A DNA stretch of 64,000 nucleotides from an uncultured Thermoplasmata archaeon (lineage in GTDB: Archaea > Thermoplasmatota > Thermoplasmata > Halarchaeoplasmatales > Halarchaeoplasmataceae): positions 5,674 through 69,673 of the forward strand of contig CAYMXS010000005.1 in NCBI GenBank assembly GCA_964394465.1, given 5' to 3'. Shown piece by piece: positions 46,597 through 56,138 of this stretch; within the stretch, counting starts at the first letter, position 1, and every line of letters begins with the position of its first letter. The notes under the pieces were generated by a model. The model saw only the letters and a list, made by a program, of their open reading frames with translations, was not told the DNA's origin and searched no databases. The position numbers were made by a program, and so were the translations under genes.

Positions 46597-48731
46597 TCTA
46601 TCACGTCCTCTTCTATCTCGGTGTGCTCCCTTTCTGGTTTGAACGGAGTGAAGGAAGAACCTCCGCCTTCATAGAAGTAATTGAAGAACTCAACGTACTG
46701 AAGCCTGAGTGAATGAACGAAGGAACCTAGAGCCTGTAAAACCGCGTTGGCTAAGTGCCCTCCGATGATGACGAACAGTCCGACTATGTAGAAAGGATAG
46801 GAAGGATCCAAGGGTCCGAATGCAGCGATAGTACCGAGACCCCCCATGATAGCCAGTAGGACTCCGACCCCCAGATATATCATGTTATCCTTCATGCGTG
46901 AATAGACCAGTAAGAACGAACCAGCAACTAACAAGATAAGCGATAAGGGTAAAGGCATCTCGGCCGCCGTCAGCAGGTCAGCGAGAACGTTGACCGTTAG
47001 GGCTATACCGCCGGTCGCGAGACCCAAAGCAAGGATCCTGGAGAACGAAAGGAAGTCGCCTATGAAACCGGTCAAGTCGAAGAAAGACAGGCCTTTTGCT
47101 CTCACCACTAGAAGTAACAGGCCAATGGCTGAAAGGACGCCCGCTAGGATATAGTGTGTCTGAGAGAACTCGAACCAGCCGAAGAGCTTACCCGAGAGAA
47201 GGATGAAGCCGCCGGGCTGGAGAGTCCACCACGAGCCGTTCTCCAGCAGTATGTTCCTGTAGTCCTTCCTGTTCAAGTGCTGGACGAAGGCGAGGGCCAG
47301 ACCTATATTTATGTAGACTAAACCGATTATGAGCGAGATGACCAACAGTGTCAGAGGGCCCTGTCCTTCCAAGGTCTCGAGCGGCGCGTTGTAACCCATG
47401 CCTAACCTGCCAAGCAGATTGGGATGGCCAGGCTTGGAAGGACCCAAAAAGCCTCCCTGCAGTATGCCGAATATAAAGGTGGATATGCCCGTACCCAGAA
47501 GTAGAAGGGCGAAATCCCTGGTGCCCTCCTCCACCTTCCCTATCCCCTGTAGGATCAATGCTGAAGTGAGTATGATGAGTAAGCCGTAAACCGCGTCGCC
47601 CAACATCAGACCGAAGAAGAGTACAAAGGCGGGAGCCAGTATGAAAGTGGGGTCTATCTCGTCGTACTTCGGCGGCGCGAACATGTTCGTCAGAAGCTCG
47701 TAAGGCCTTATCAGCTTGGGGTTGTCCAGCTCGATGGGGACCTCGTCCAGATCCTCGTCCTTCGGCTCCTCGGTCATGAATGCAGCGCAGCCGTTCGAAC
47801 TCTTCTCCACTATCTTTTCCACTTTATCTTCATTCTTCTCGGCAACCCATCCCTTGACCACGCTTGTCTCTTCTGTGGTACCAAAACGCTGCGTGATCTC
47901 TCTTTTCTGCCTGTAGATGTTCAGTTCTTCTTCTAAAACCTTGTACTCCTTCTCGTGCTCATCCTTCATCTTCGCCAGGGTGTCTTCGATCCTCTCTTTC
48001 TTCTCCTTCAGATCCCCTATTTTATCCTTTATCTTTTCCAGAGCTTCCTTTGGATGACCGGTCAGATTCTCTAAGTCGAAGGGTCTGACGTCTCCCTGTC
48101 TTAGGGCGCTCTCGAACTCCGTTTTTTCTCTTATGAAGGCCCCGGCTATGACGATATACTTGTCCTCGGTGACCTTCTTTATGGTGTGGAATTCCGACTT
48201 TATATCGGACACGGCCTCCTTGAACTTGAGAGGCGAAGTCGTGGTACCCACTCTGATATCGGTCCAGTCCGATTCTCCTATATGTGAGAGTTCAAGCTCG
48301 AATTCTTTCAAGAGAGTCAGGTCCTTCTTCAACTCCTCCAGGTTCTGAAGCTCCTCCTCTATATTGCCCAGTTTCTCGTCGAGTTTTACGACCCTGTTGC
48401 CGTGCTTTTCAAAAACAGTATCGATCTCCTTCAGGAGTTCCTTCAGTTCCCTACTTTCCCTCTTCACTTTCTTGGTCTCGATCGGGTTCAAGAACTCTTG
48501 GACAGCGCTCCTCTCCTCTTCGAACCTGCTGAAAACGTCCAGTACATTAGAAAGCTTTATCTCGTAATCGGTGAGCCTCGTGATTATGGCCGGTATACCG
48601 CTGGGCTCGACTCTATCGAAGACTTCTTTGTCTCTATCTATATCGGATATCTCGGCTACCCCAGACTGGTGTAAAGAATCTATGACCTCGTCGACATAAT
48701 CATCATGCACGACGGCGGTGAAATCCTTCAT
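46593..48731 (-). CDS. atpI: A-type ATP synthase subunit I (stator a-subunit homolog)
   Basis: 712 aa: a cytoplasmic coiled-coil N-terminal half and a polytopic C-terminal half. ATGA overlap with atpK. Confidence 0.9.
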   Translation of the reverse strand: MKDFTAVVHDDYVDEVIDSLHQSGVAEISDIDRDKEVFDRVEPSGIPAIITRLTDYEIKLSNVLDVFSRFEEERSAVQEFLNPIETKKVKRESRELKELLKEIDTVFEKHGNRVVKLDEKLGNIEEELQNLEELKKDLTLLKEFELELSHIGESDWTDIRVGTTTSPLKFKEAVSDIKSEFHTIKKVTEDKYIVIAGAFIREKTEFESALRQGDVRPFDLENLTGHPKEALEKIKDKIGDLKEKKERIEDTLAKMKDEHEKEYKVLEEELNIYRQKREITQRFGTTEETSVVKGWVAEKNEDKVEKIVEKSSNGCAAFMTEEPKDEDLDEVPIELDNPKLIRPYELLTNMFAPPKYDEIDPTFILAPAFVLFFGLMLGDAVYGLLIILTSALILQGIGKVEEGTRDFALLLLGTGISTFIFGILQGGFLGPSKPGHPNLLGRLGMGYNAPLETLEGQGPLTLLVISLIIGLVYINIGLALAFVQHLNRKDYRNILLENGSWWTLQPGGFILLSGKLFGWFEFSQTHYILAGVLSAIGLLLLVVRAKGLSFFDLTGFIGDFLSFSRILALGLATGGIALTVNVLADLLTAAEMPLPLSLILLVAGSFLLVYSRMKDNMIYLGVGVLLAIMGGLGTIAAFGPLDPSYPFYIVGLFVIIGGHLANAVLQALGSFVHSLRLQYVEFFNYFYEGGGSSFTPFKPEREHTEIEEDVIE

Positions 48732-48751
48732 CCGTTCTGGGTATATTATCG

Positions 48752-49066
48752 TTATACCTCCTTTATCCGTTCTATGACCCTGTCAACAGCCTCAGAGATG
48801 TTCTCGCGGCTCTGCTCCCTGATCTTTTCGGCTTCCTGGTCGGCCTCCTCCCTTATCTCTTCGGCTTCTTTTTGTGCCTCTTCCTCCACCTCTTTCTTCT
48901 TCTCTTCCAGTTCCTTCTTTAGAGAGAATATCTCCTCTTCTTTCTCCTGCTTGGCCTTCTCTTTTAGCTTCTTCAGCTCCTCACGTGCTTCCTGCTGCTT
49001 TCTCTCTATAAGCTGCTTTGACTTCCTTTCCTCTTCCTTGACCTTTTCTATTTCCTCTACCGGCAC
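48752..49066 (-). CDS. atpH: A-type ATP synthase subunit H
   Basis: 104-aa Glu/Lys-rich single-helix protein. First gene of the operon. Confidence 0.75.
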   Translation of the reverse strand: MPVEEIEKVKEEERKSKQLIERKQQEAREELKKLKEKAKQEKEEEIFSLKKELEEKKKEVEEEAQKEAEEIREEADQEAEKIREQSRENISEAVDRVIERIKEV

Positions 49067-49270
49067 GAAAAATCCTCCAGGAGGGCCTCAAATATGCTTT
49101 TAGGCGTTATTCAAGATGGTGCATAATCAATCAAGATATAAGCGTTTTGGTTAGTTTTTAGCTCAATTATATAGTCTATGATGACTCTCAATTCGAATTC
49201 TGTTAAAAAAAGAATATATACGTAAGATACAAATAATATATAGTGAGTCTATAACTAAGAGGTCTACCCC

Positions 49271-50884
49271 ATGGACAATGAGATCGAGCGTAGGAAGATT
49301 CTATCATGTCTTTTGGTCTATACCACCCTAGCCTTGCTTCTTGCTTCAACCGTTTTCGGCAGTTTAAACGTTTTAGCTCAGCAAGAAAATCAAACAAACC
49401 CCCCACAAAAGGTCACAGCGGCCTTCACCTATTCACCTCAAAATCCTGTAGTGGATGAAGAGATCCAGTTCACAGACCGGTCGAAGGCTGTACAGGGTAC
49501 CATCGGGACATGGAGTTGGAAGTTCGGAGACGGAACGAAGACCGAAGAGAAGGATCCAACTCATACATACGATTCAAAGGGCAACTACACGGTGAAACTG
49601 ACAGTCAAAACGGACGAAGGGAAGAGTGATCATCGGATACAGGTCCTGTACGTGAGAGGGAAAGATGGCGGAGACGATCAGGAACCTCCAGAGGAAGGAA
49701 ATAAATCAGGAGACATAGGTGATTTCAGGAAAGGAACAGAGGGATCATTCGTCTCTTTTGATGTATCTAGACAGGGGATATCAAATCACATATTTAGACG
49801 GAAGGGAGATAGATTCTGTCTGTTTCAAGACATCGATATCGAGGAAGCCGAGATAGACGAGAGTAGAAGTGAAGGAGCTCTCTATCATATCGGAGGTAGG
49901 AATCTAGATATAGACGTGTATGACAGTTCTTCAGCTCTGATACAGATGAGGATAGGTCAGATCAAGGCCGAAACAGAGAGAAGGATAAGTTTCGAGCTCG
50001 GCCAGATAGAACCAGTGGATAAAAAGATAACCGGTAATCTGGTGGACCTACGGACGGGGGATGGTGAGATGAACTCCAGCCTATTGATACCCAACTCAGA
50101 GACAGAATCTTTCTCTTGGAACTATGAAAACGGTCATATCAACCTGACAGCTGAGGAAGGTATAAGGTTGATATTCAGGGCATCCAAGCAGGGGTTTAAC
50201 AAGGGAGAAGGTTACGGCCTGGATGACCACAGGTTTCAAGAGGGCATAGTGAACAGGGAGATCGGCGGAGAGATAACTATCGAAAAAGACCAGAACAGAT
50301 ACAGAGAGATGTCCATAGCCTATTCTGACATGGATATGCTGACCCATGTCTCGGATAGAAGGATAGAGGTACTGGTCTCCTCGAATACATTGAGACATGG
50401 ACGTACTTTGCTGATATCATTCTCCAAAGACGTCATCGATATCTCTGATATAGGTGAGGAAAGCGTGCTCCTAGATGGTAATAGTTTAGAGCGGACCAAA
50501 GACTACTCAGACCTGATAGACGAGAAGAAGGATCCTAAGTATATTCTGACCGAGGGAGAGGACAAGGTCAGAGTAATGGTAGAGATACCCGATTTTTCCT
50601 CCCATACAATCCAGATTGTGGAAGAAACCGAGACGGGAGGAGAAGACCCAACCGGTGATTTCTATTTCTACCTGCCGGCGGCGCTGGGCGTCGCCATACT
50701 GGTCCTGATTAGTTCCATATTCTGGAGGAGCAAGGAGGACGCCTATACCGAGAGCATCATAGATAAGGAGAAGGAGAAGCAAGATGGAGATACTGAAGAA
50801 GATCTAGCCGATCACGGGGATAAGAAAGATAGGCCTCCGGCAAAGGAAAATGAAAAAAAAGAAGAAAAGGAGAAAAAAGAATAA
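49271..50884 (+). CDS. Secreted PKD-domain surface protein with a C-terminal TM anchor and charged tail
   Basis: Signal peptide (ILSCLLVYTTLALLLASTVFG), PKD motif (WSWKFGDGTKTEEKDPTHTYDSKGNYTVKLTV), C-terminal TM (FYFYLPAALGVAILVLISSIFW) and a K/E-rich tail. Confidence 0.8.
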   Translation: MDNEIERRKILSCLLVYTTLALLLASTVFGSLNVLAQQENQTNPPQKVTAAFTYSPQNPVVDEEIQFTDRSKAVQGTIGTWSWKFGDGTKTEEKDPTHTYDSKGNYTVKLTVKTDEGKSDHRIQVLYVRGKDGGDDQEPPEEGNKSGDIGDFRKGTEGSFVSFDVSRQGISNHIFRRKGDRFCLFQDIDIEEAEIDESRSEGALYHIGGRNLDIDVYDSSSALIQMRIGQIKAETERRISFELGQIEPVDKKITGNLVDLRTGDGEMNSSLLIPNSETESFSWNYENGHINLTAEEGIRLIFRASKQGFNKGEGYGLDDHRFQEGIVNREIGGEITIEKDQNRYREMSIAYSDMDMLTHVSDRRIEVLVSSNTLRHGRTLLISFSKDVIDISDIGEESVLLDGNSLERTKDYSDLIDEKKDPKYILTEGEDKVRVMVEIPDFSSHTIQIVEETETGGEDPTGDFYFYLPAALGVAILVLISSIFWRSKEDAYTESIIDKEKEKQDGDTEEDLADHGDKKDRPPAKENEKKEEKEKKE

Positions 50885-50917
50885 ATAATCCATTATTTTT
50901 CTTTGACCAGGGTTACA

Positions 50918-51196
50918 ATGATATGGTATAGTCCTCTTTACAATATTCTCTTAGCTTCCATGACCGTCCTGTCTCTTTTCCTTACAGTGGTATCTATTCT
51001 AGCCTATAGAAGGAGTAAAAATAAAAAACTACTCTACGTATCTGGTGCCTTTCTTTTGTTTCTGGGAAAGGGACTCTGGCTTTCCTATAATTCCTTCATA
51101 GTATCCTTATCCAGCAATAACGATATCTGGATACCGGTGCTAGCCCTGGACATGGTGATACTTGTGATATTCTATTTCGGCGCTATGAAGAGGTAA
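50918..51196 (+). CDS. Small membrane protein (3 predicted TM)
   Basis: The ORF from ATG 50918 (the track starts at TTG 50903) is hydrophobic throughout. It lies 5 nt upstream of the wHTH regulator gene. Confidence 0.5.
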   Translation: MIWYSPLYNILLASMTVLSLFLTVVSILAYRRSKNKKLLYVSGAFLLFLGKGLWLSYNSFIVSLSSNNDIWIPVLALDMVILVIFYFGAMKR

Positions 51197-51200
51197 AGGC

Positions 51201-51728
51201 ATGAATGACAGGGAAGTAGAGTTGGAACTAGAGAACCGACGGATCATATACGAAGTTATAGAGAGATACCCAGGTCTACATATGAGAGACATAAAAAGAA
51301 GGACCTCATTGAGTCTAAACCTGGTCAGATATCACCTGGGAGAACTGGAAAGATACGGACTCATAAAAGAAGTGGAGACGGAGGGTTACAAGAGATACTA
51401 CCCCACAAAAGATGAGGATTTCCAGTTGGATAAGAAGGAGAAGGATATCTTGGCCCTTCTTCGGAAGAAAAAACCACTCAAGATCACACTTTACCTTTTG
51501 AAAGAACAACGAGCCACACATAACGAGATCGCGACGGAACTCGAGATGGCTCATTCCACCCTTTCTTACCATCTCAAGAAGCTGAAGGACCATGATATCC
51601 TGATCGAGGAGAACAGACTCTACAGAGTGTCCGAGCCCGAGAGGATAGCCGAGTTACTCACGCTTTACGAACCTCCTGATGATATAATAGACGGCTTCAT
51701 CGACCTGTGGGAGGACTTTTCCTTTTGA
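51201..51728 (+). CDS. Winged-helix (ArsR/MarR-like) transcriptional regulator with two tandem wHTH units
   Basis: Two repeats of the HTH pattern: YPGLHMRDIKRRTSLSLNLVRYHLGELERYGLI and ATHNEIATELEMAHSTLSYHLKKLKDHDIL. Confidence 0.7.
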   Translation: MNDREVELELENRRIIYEVIERYPGLHMRDIKRRTSLSLNLVRYHLGELERYGLIKEVETEGYKRYYPTKDEDFQLDKKEKDILALLRKKKPLKITLYLLKEQRATHNEIATELEMAHSTLSYHLKKLKDHDILIEENRLYRVSEPERIAELLTLYEPPDDIIDGFIDLWEDFSF

Positions 51729-51768
51729 GGCAGCAAAGGTTTAAAACCATAATTATCATTCTATCCTC

Positions 51769-52572
51769 ATGGACAGAATGCTAGAGACGTTTCGACAATG
51801 TGGAGACGAAGTGGCCAGGATAGTAGAAGAAACGGACCCTAGTACTAGAGGCGAAAACGTCGGCATGGGGGCGGACGGAACCCCGACGAAGGACATAGAT
51901 AGGAGAGCGGAGGAGAGAGCTATAAAGATCCTCACAGAGAAAACGGACCATGATATCCTGAGCGAGGAAGAGGGCATCTTAGAAGGTAGTGGAGAGGGAA
52001 CTATGATCATAGACCCCATAGACGGGACCAGGAATTCACTACTCTCACTGCCGTTCTACTGCATATCTTTAGCGTATACACCGGGAGACCTATCTGATGT
52101 AGAAGTGGGTTACGTGAGGAACCTGATCACCGGCAGGGAATACTTCGCCGAGGCAGGAGAAGGGGCCTATCGGGGCCAGAGAGAAAAGGAAACAGAACAC
52201 AGATTGAAGAAAGAGGAAGAAGATATAGATGAAAAGGAACTCACCTTTGCCCTATACCTCGGGAAAAAATCCATCCCTGAGACTTCCAGATTGGCTCGTC
52301 TACCAAGAAGGGTCCGATGTCTGGGCTCCGCCGCTCTGGAGATATGTCGGGTAGCCGATGATACCTTCGATCTTTACTACCAGAGGAGCATCGATAAAGA
52401 GAAGAGCCTGAGGATCACGGATATAGCCGCCTCCACGTTGATACTCAGGGAAGCGGGCGGCGAGGTCTACGACGGTGACTGGGAGCCTATAAATATGTCA
52501 CTAGACCCTGCGGAAAGAAAAGACGTAATTGCAATAAAGAACCCCCGTATTAAGGAGTTTGTAATAAGATGA
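51769..52572 (+). CDS. Inositol monophosphatase family protein (possible NADP phosphatase / FBPase-IMPase)
   Basis: IIDPIDGTRN metal-binding motif, and SEEEG upstream. ATGA overlap with the NAD kinase gene. Confidence 0.8.
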   Translation: MDRMLETFRQCGDEVARIVEETDPSTRGENVGMGADGTPTKDIDRRAEERAIKILTEKTDHDILSEEEGILEGSGEGTMIIDPIDGTRNSLLSLPFYCISLAYTPGDLSDVEVGYVRNLITGREYFAEAGEGAYRGQREKETEHRLKKEEEDIDEKELTFALYLGKKSIPETSRLARLPRRVRCLGSAALEICRVADDTFDLYYQRSIDKEKSLRITDIAASTLILREAGGEVYDGDWEPINMSLDPAERKDVIAIKNPRIKEFVIR

Positions 52573-53393
52573 GTCTGAGATTCGGAGTCTACGGAACCTC
52601 TCGTGAAAGTATCTCAGCAGAAGTATTGACGTCCTTGGGATCGCACCCAGCCGTAGAGGAGGTCTTCTTTCACAAAGAGCTAGCTGAAGGTCTGGACGGG
52701 GTGGGCTACAGTCTAGAAGAACTGAAATCACTAGACCTGGACTTCATGATGACCATCGGCGGCGACGGCACGATCTTGAGATTACTCCAAAAGTGCGACA
52801 TGCCCGTTCTGGGGGTCAATACAGGGACGGTCGGTTTTCTCACATCTACAGAAGTGAACGATGTGGATCAAGCCCTTGATAGGATAGAGGAGGAAAGTTT
52901 CTTCATCGACGATAGGTTAAGGCTCAAGGTCTATCTGAACGGCGAGGAGAAGGGAGATAGTACCAACGAGGTGGTGGTTCACAGCAACCAGATAGCCAAG
53001 ATAAGGGGCTTCAAGGTATCCCAGGGGGATGTAGAACTGGACAAGTTCAGAGCCGATGGGCTGATCGTTGCGACTCCCACCGGCTCCACATCCTACGCCA
53101 TGAGTGCCGGAGGCCCTATCGTGGACCCTTCCGTAGAGGCCTTCGTAATGGTCCCGATATCCCCCTACGAGTTGGCTACAAAGCCCTACGTGGTGCCCGT
53201 GGATAAGAAAGTGAAGGTAGAGCTGACCGAGAAGGACAAGCCCTGCCTGATGGTCCTGGACGGCCAGAAGGAATTCGAGGTCAAAAGTGAAGATATTGTA
53301 GAGGTGGAGGTCTCGGAAACCAGATCGAAATTCATCAAATTTGAAAAGGACTTCTACGAGAGGGTAAAAAAGAAGCTGATCTCAAATGACTAA
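52569..53393 (+). CDS. nadK: NAD kinase
   Basis: GGDGTILR, NEVVV and ATPTGSTSYAMSAGGPIV motifs. Confidence 0.9.
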   Translation: MSLRFGVYGTSRESISAEVLTSLGSHPAVEEVFFHKELAEGLDGVGYSLEELKSLDLDFMMTIGGDGTILRLLQKCDMPVLGVNTGTVGFLTSTEVNDVDQALDRIEEESFFIDDRLRLKVYLNGEEKGDSTNEVVVHSNQIAKIRGFKVSQGDVELDKFRADGLIVATPTGSTSYAMSAGGPIVDPSVEAFVMVPISPYELATKPYVVPVDKKVKVELTEKDKPCLMVLDGQKEFEVKSEDIVEVEVSETRSKFIKFEKDFYERVKKKLISND

Positions 53394-53760
53394 AGTCGAA
53401 GGAATAACAGAGCGGATCCTACGGATGATAATGGAGAGTGCTAAGGACAGCCATCCGAACGAATTCGCAGCCGGAATGAGAGAGATAGACGGCATCATCT
53501 CCGAGTTGATACTGGTTCCAGGTACCATCTCTGGTTCCCAGAGTGCTATCTTACAACTTCACAACTTGCCCATAGATTACTCCATCGTCGGAGTCGTCCA
53601 CAGTCATCCAACGCCCAATTTTTCACCTTCAGAAGAGGACATAGAGATGTTCGGAAGGTACGGACGTATCCATGTAATAGCGGCCTACCCGTACGACCTG
53701 GATTCCTGGCAGGCCTACGACCAAACGGGGAACGTGGTGGAATTAGAGGTGTTCAAATAG
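53386..53760 (+). CDS. JAMM/MPN+ metalloprotease domain protein
   Basis: HSHPTPNFSPSEED matches HxHx7Sx2D, with an upstream Glu (HPNEF). 8-nt overlap with nadK. Confidence 0.8.
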   Translation: MTKVEGITERILRMIMESAKDSHPNEFAAGMREIDGIISELILVPGTISGSQSAILQLHNLPIDYSIVGVVHSHPTPNFSPSEEDIEMFGRYGRIHVIAAYPYDLDSWQAYDQTGNVVELEVFK

Positions 53761-53772
53761 AAGTATAGAGGA

Positions 53773-54900
53773 TCAAACTAGGGATTCATAGACCTTTTCT
53801 ATATCCTCTGCCACTTGATCCCAGGTGAATTTATCGACCACTCTTTCCCTGCCATTTTCACCCATCCTCTCCGACATATCGGGGTTCTCCAAGAGTGTCC
53901 TTATCTTACCGGCTAGATCTCTAGAGTTCATGGGCTCAGCTAACAAACCATGTTTTCCCTCCACGATGACCTCTCTAACGCCGGGTATATCCGAGACTAT
54001 GACAGGTACACCTGATGCCATCGCTTCGAGGGCGACTATCCCAAAGGCTTCCAGTCTAGAAACGGAAGGCAGTACACAAACGTCTGAAGCGGCGTAGTAC
54101 GAAGGTAACTCCTCGTTGGGAACCCTACCCGCGAACAACACCTGATCCTGGAGGCCCTCATCTTCGATTATCTTCTCCAATTCTTCCCTGAAGTCTCCAG
54201 TGCCCACTAGAACGAATTTAGCCCTGTCCTCGTCTAGATATCTTGCTGCTCTAACGAAGTATTCAAGACCTTTATGATACACGATCCTCCCGACGTACAT
54301 GACCATCTTCGTGTCCTCGTCTAGACCGAGTCTTTCTCTGGCAAGAGTCCCTTCATTGGTGGGGTTGAACCTCTCGGCGTCTACCGCGTTCGGTATGACC
54401 TCAGAGTTCTGATGCCAGACCATCTTTGAAGTAGCACCATAGGTGGTCGTCGTCGTTATCACCTGATCGGATTTGCTGACCGTGTAGGTACCTATAGTCC
54501 GCTGATAGAGCGCCACTATCATCGGTCCCAACAGGTGTGGTATCTCGAGGTCGCAGTGATAAGTCAGAACCGAGGGAACGTCCTTCTTGGAGGCTCTCCT
54601 GACGCCGAAGAAAGAGAGCAGCGGAGGTGGAGAATGGGAATGCAGGATATCGTACTCCTCGTCCATCAGGACCTTGCTCACACCTGGAACGATAGGTGTG
54701 GAAAGAAATATGGTCAGGGGCTCTACCCTTCTCACCGGTACGCCTTCCACCACGGACTCTTCTTCAGTATCCTCCAGTCTGGTGGTCACCACCAAGATCT
54801 CATGACCTCTCTTCTGGAGGTGCTTTGATAGCTCTAAAACATGGGATTCCACCCCTCCAAGGTGCGGGTAGAAATACGGTGTGAGTTGAAGTATGTTCAT
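53773..54900 (-). CDS. Glycosyltransferase family 4 (GT-B, Glycos_transf_1)
   Basis: PHLGGVESHV N-terminus and EAFGIVALEAMASGVPVIVSD C-terminal motif. Confidence 0.85.
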   Translation of the reverse strand: MNILQLTPYFYPHLGGVESHVLELSKHLQKRGHEILVVTTRLEDTEEESVVEGVPVRRVEPLTIFLSTPIVPGVSKVLMDEEYDILHSHSPPPLLSFFGVRRASKKDVPSVLTYHCDLEIPHLLGPMIVALYQRTIGTYTVSKSDQVITTTTTYGATSKMVWHQNSEVIPNAVDAERFNPTNEGTLARERLGLDEDTKMVMYVGRIVYHKGLEYFVRAARYLDEDRAKFVLVGTGDFREELEKIIEDEGLQDQVLFAGRVPNEELPSYYAASDVCVLPSVSRLEAFGIVALEAMASGVPVIVSDIPGVREVIVEGKHGLLAEPMNSRDLAGKIRTLLENPDMSERMGENGRERVVDKFTWDQVAEDIEKVYESLV

Positions 54901-56138
54901 TGTATCCTGCTGTCTCTACCCAGTTCCCCCTCGGCCAAGGCTCCGGGCCCTATCAGGGTCCCCTGCCCTATTATCGTTCCAGTGTTTATCATGGCGTTGA
55001 TACCTGTCTTGACGTCGTCACCCATTATCGTGCCCAGCTTCCTTCTTCCGGTCTGGACCTCTTCGCCGTTCTGCACGACATTTATGTTCTTCTCATCCAA
55101 TCTCAAATTGGCCACCTTGGTTCCGGACCCAAAGTTGCAGTTCTTTCCTATGACGCTGTCTCCCACATAGTTGTGATGTGGCACGTTACTCCCTTCCATC
55201 AATATGGTGTTTTTGACTTCAACGGCGTTGCCGACCTTACATCCCTCTTGTATGGTGGTGGCTCCTCTTATGAGACAGTTGGGGCCTATCTCCGCTCCGG
55301 AAGATATGTGTACTGGGCCCTTGATATAGCTACCCCGCTTGACGGTCGCTCCTTTCTCTATAGAGACTTTTCCTTCCATATGGACCCCTTCCTGTATCTC
55401 ACCCTCTCTCTTTTCTTCGAACATGCCCTTCCCCATGAGTTCTTTGTTAACGGATAGGAGTTCCCAGGGCCTGCTCAGTTCGAACCAGGTATCTCTTTTC
55501 AGCTCATAACCTCTCAGTTTTTCTTCATCCATCAGCAATTCCAAAGAGTCCGTTATCTCGTACTCTCCCCTGGATGATCTTTCCGTCTCATCGATGGCCC
55601 CGAATATCTCGGGAGTGAAGCCGTATATACCTGCGTTGACCAGATCGGAGGGTGGATCGTTCGGTTTCTCCATTATCTCCTTTATCATGTCTCCCTCCTT
55701 GACCATGACCCCATAACTGCCGGGCTCCTCGACAGGAACGGTACCTACCACTGAGGTATCTTCCTCTTCGAAGAAATCCACGAAATTTTTGATCTCTTGC
55801 GGTAAAAGTATCACGTCCCCGTTCATACAGATGAACTTCTCGTCTATGTATCTCTCGGCGTTGCTCACCGCGTCAGCAGTCCCCAGCAGCTCGTTCTGTC
55901 TGGTGAAGCTCAATTCAGCCTTGGAAGAACTCAGAGAATCCTCTATCATCCTTCCCTTCCAGCCCACGAGAACCACGATCTCGTCCACAAAATCCTCCAA
56001 GGAATCCACGATATGCTGGATTATCGGTTTTCCCGCAACCGGAAGCAGGGGCTTCGGTGTTCCGGTGGTCAAAGGTCTCATCCTAGTTCCTTTTCCTGCG
56101 GCCAAGATAAATGCCTTCATCTCTATTCCTCCATGCAT
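54897..56138 (-). CDS. Bifunctional sugar-1-phosphate nucleotidylyltransferase / acetyltransferase (GlmU-like)
   Basis: MKAFILAAGKGTRMRPLT N-terminus and C-terminal left-handed beta-helix hexapeptide repeats. The start may be the internal Met at 56120. Confidence 0.85.
   Translation of the reverse strand: MHGGIEMKAFILAAGKGTRMRPLTTGTPKPLLPVAGKPIIQHIVDSLEDFVDEIVVLVGWKGRMIEDSLSSSKAELSFTRQNELLGTADAVSNAERYIDEKFICMNGDVILLPQEIKNFVDFFEEEDTSVVGTVPVEEPGSYGVMVKEGDMIKEIMEKPNDPPSDLVNAGIYGFTPEIFGAIDETERSSRGEYEITDSLELLMDEEKLRGYELKRDTWFELSRPWELLSVNKELMGKGMFEEKREGEIQEGVHMEGKVSIEKGATVKRGSYIKGPVHISSGAEIGPNCLIRGATTIQEGCKVGNAVEVKNTILMEGSNVPHHNYVGDSVIGKNCNFGSGTKVANLRLDEKNINVVQNGEEVQTGRRKLGTIMGDDVKTGINAMINTGTIIGQGTLIGPGALAEGELGRDSRIQ

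Noticed and set aside
49166-49200. C-box-like ATGATGA in the atpH/PKD divergent spacer
   Set aside because: There is no CTGA D box at guide distance (the sequence reads ctgt) and no terminal stem. Likewise a GTGATGA on the minus strand near 9093-9099 has no D' or D box. Neither qualifies as a C/D sRNA.
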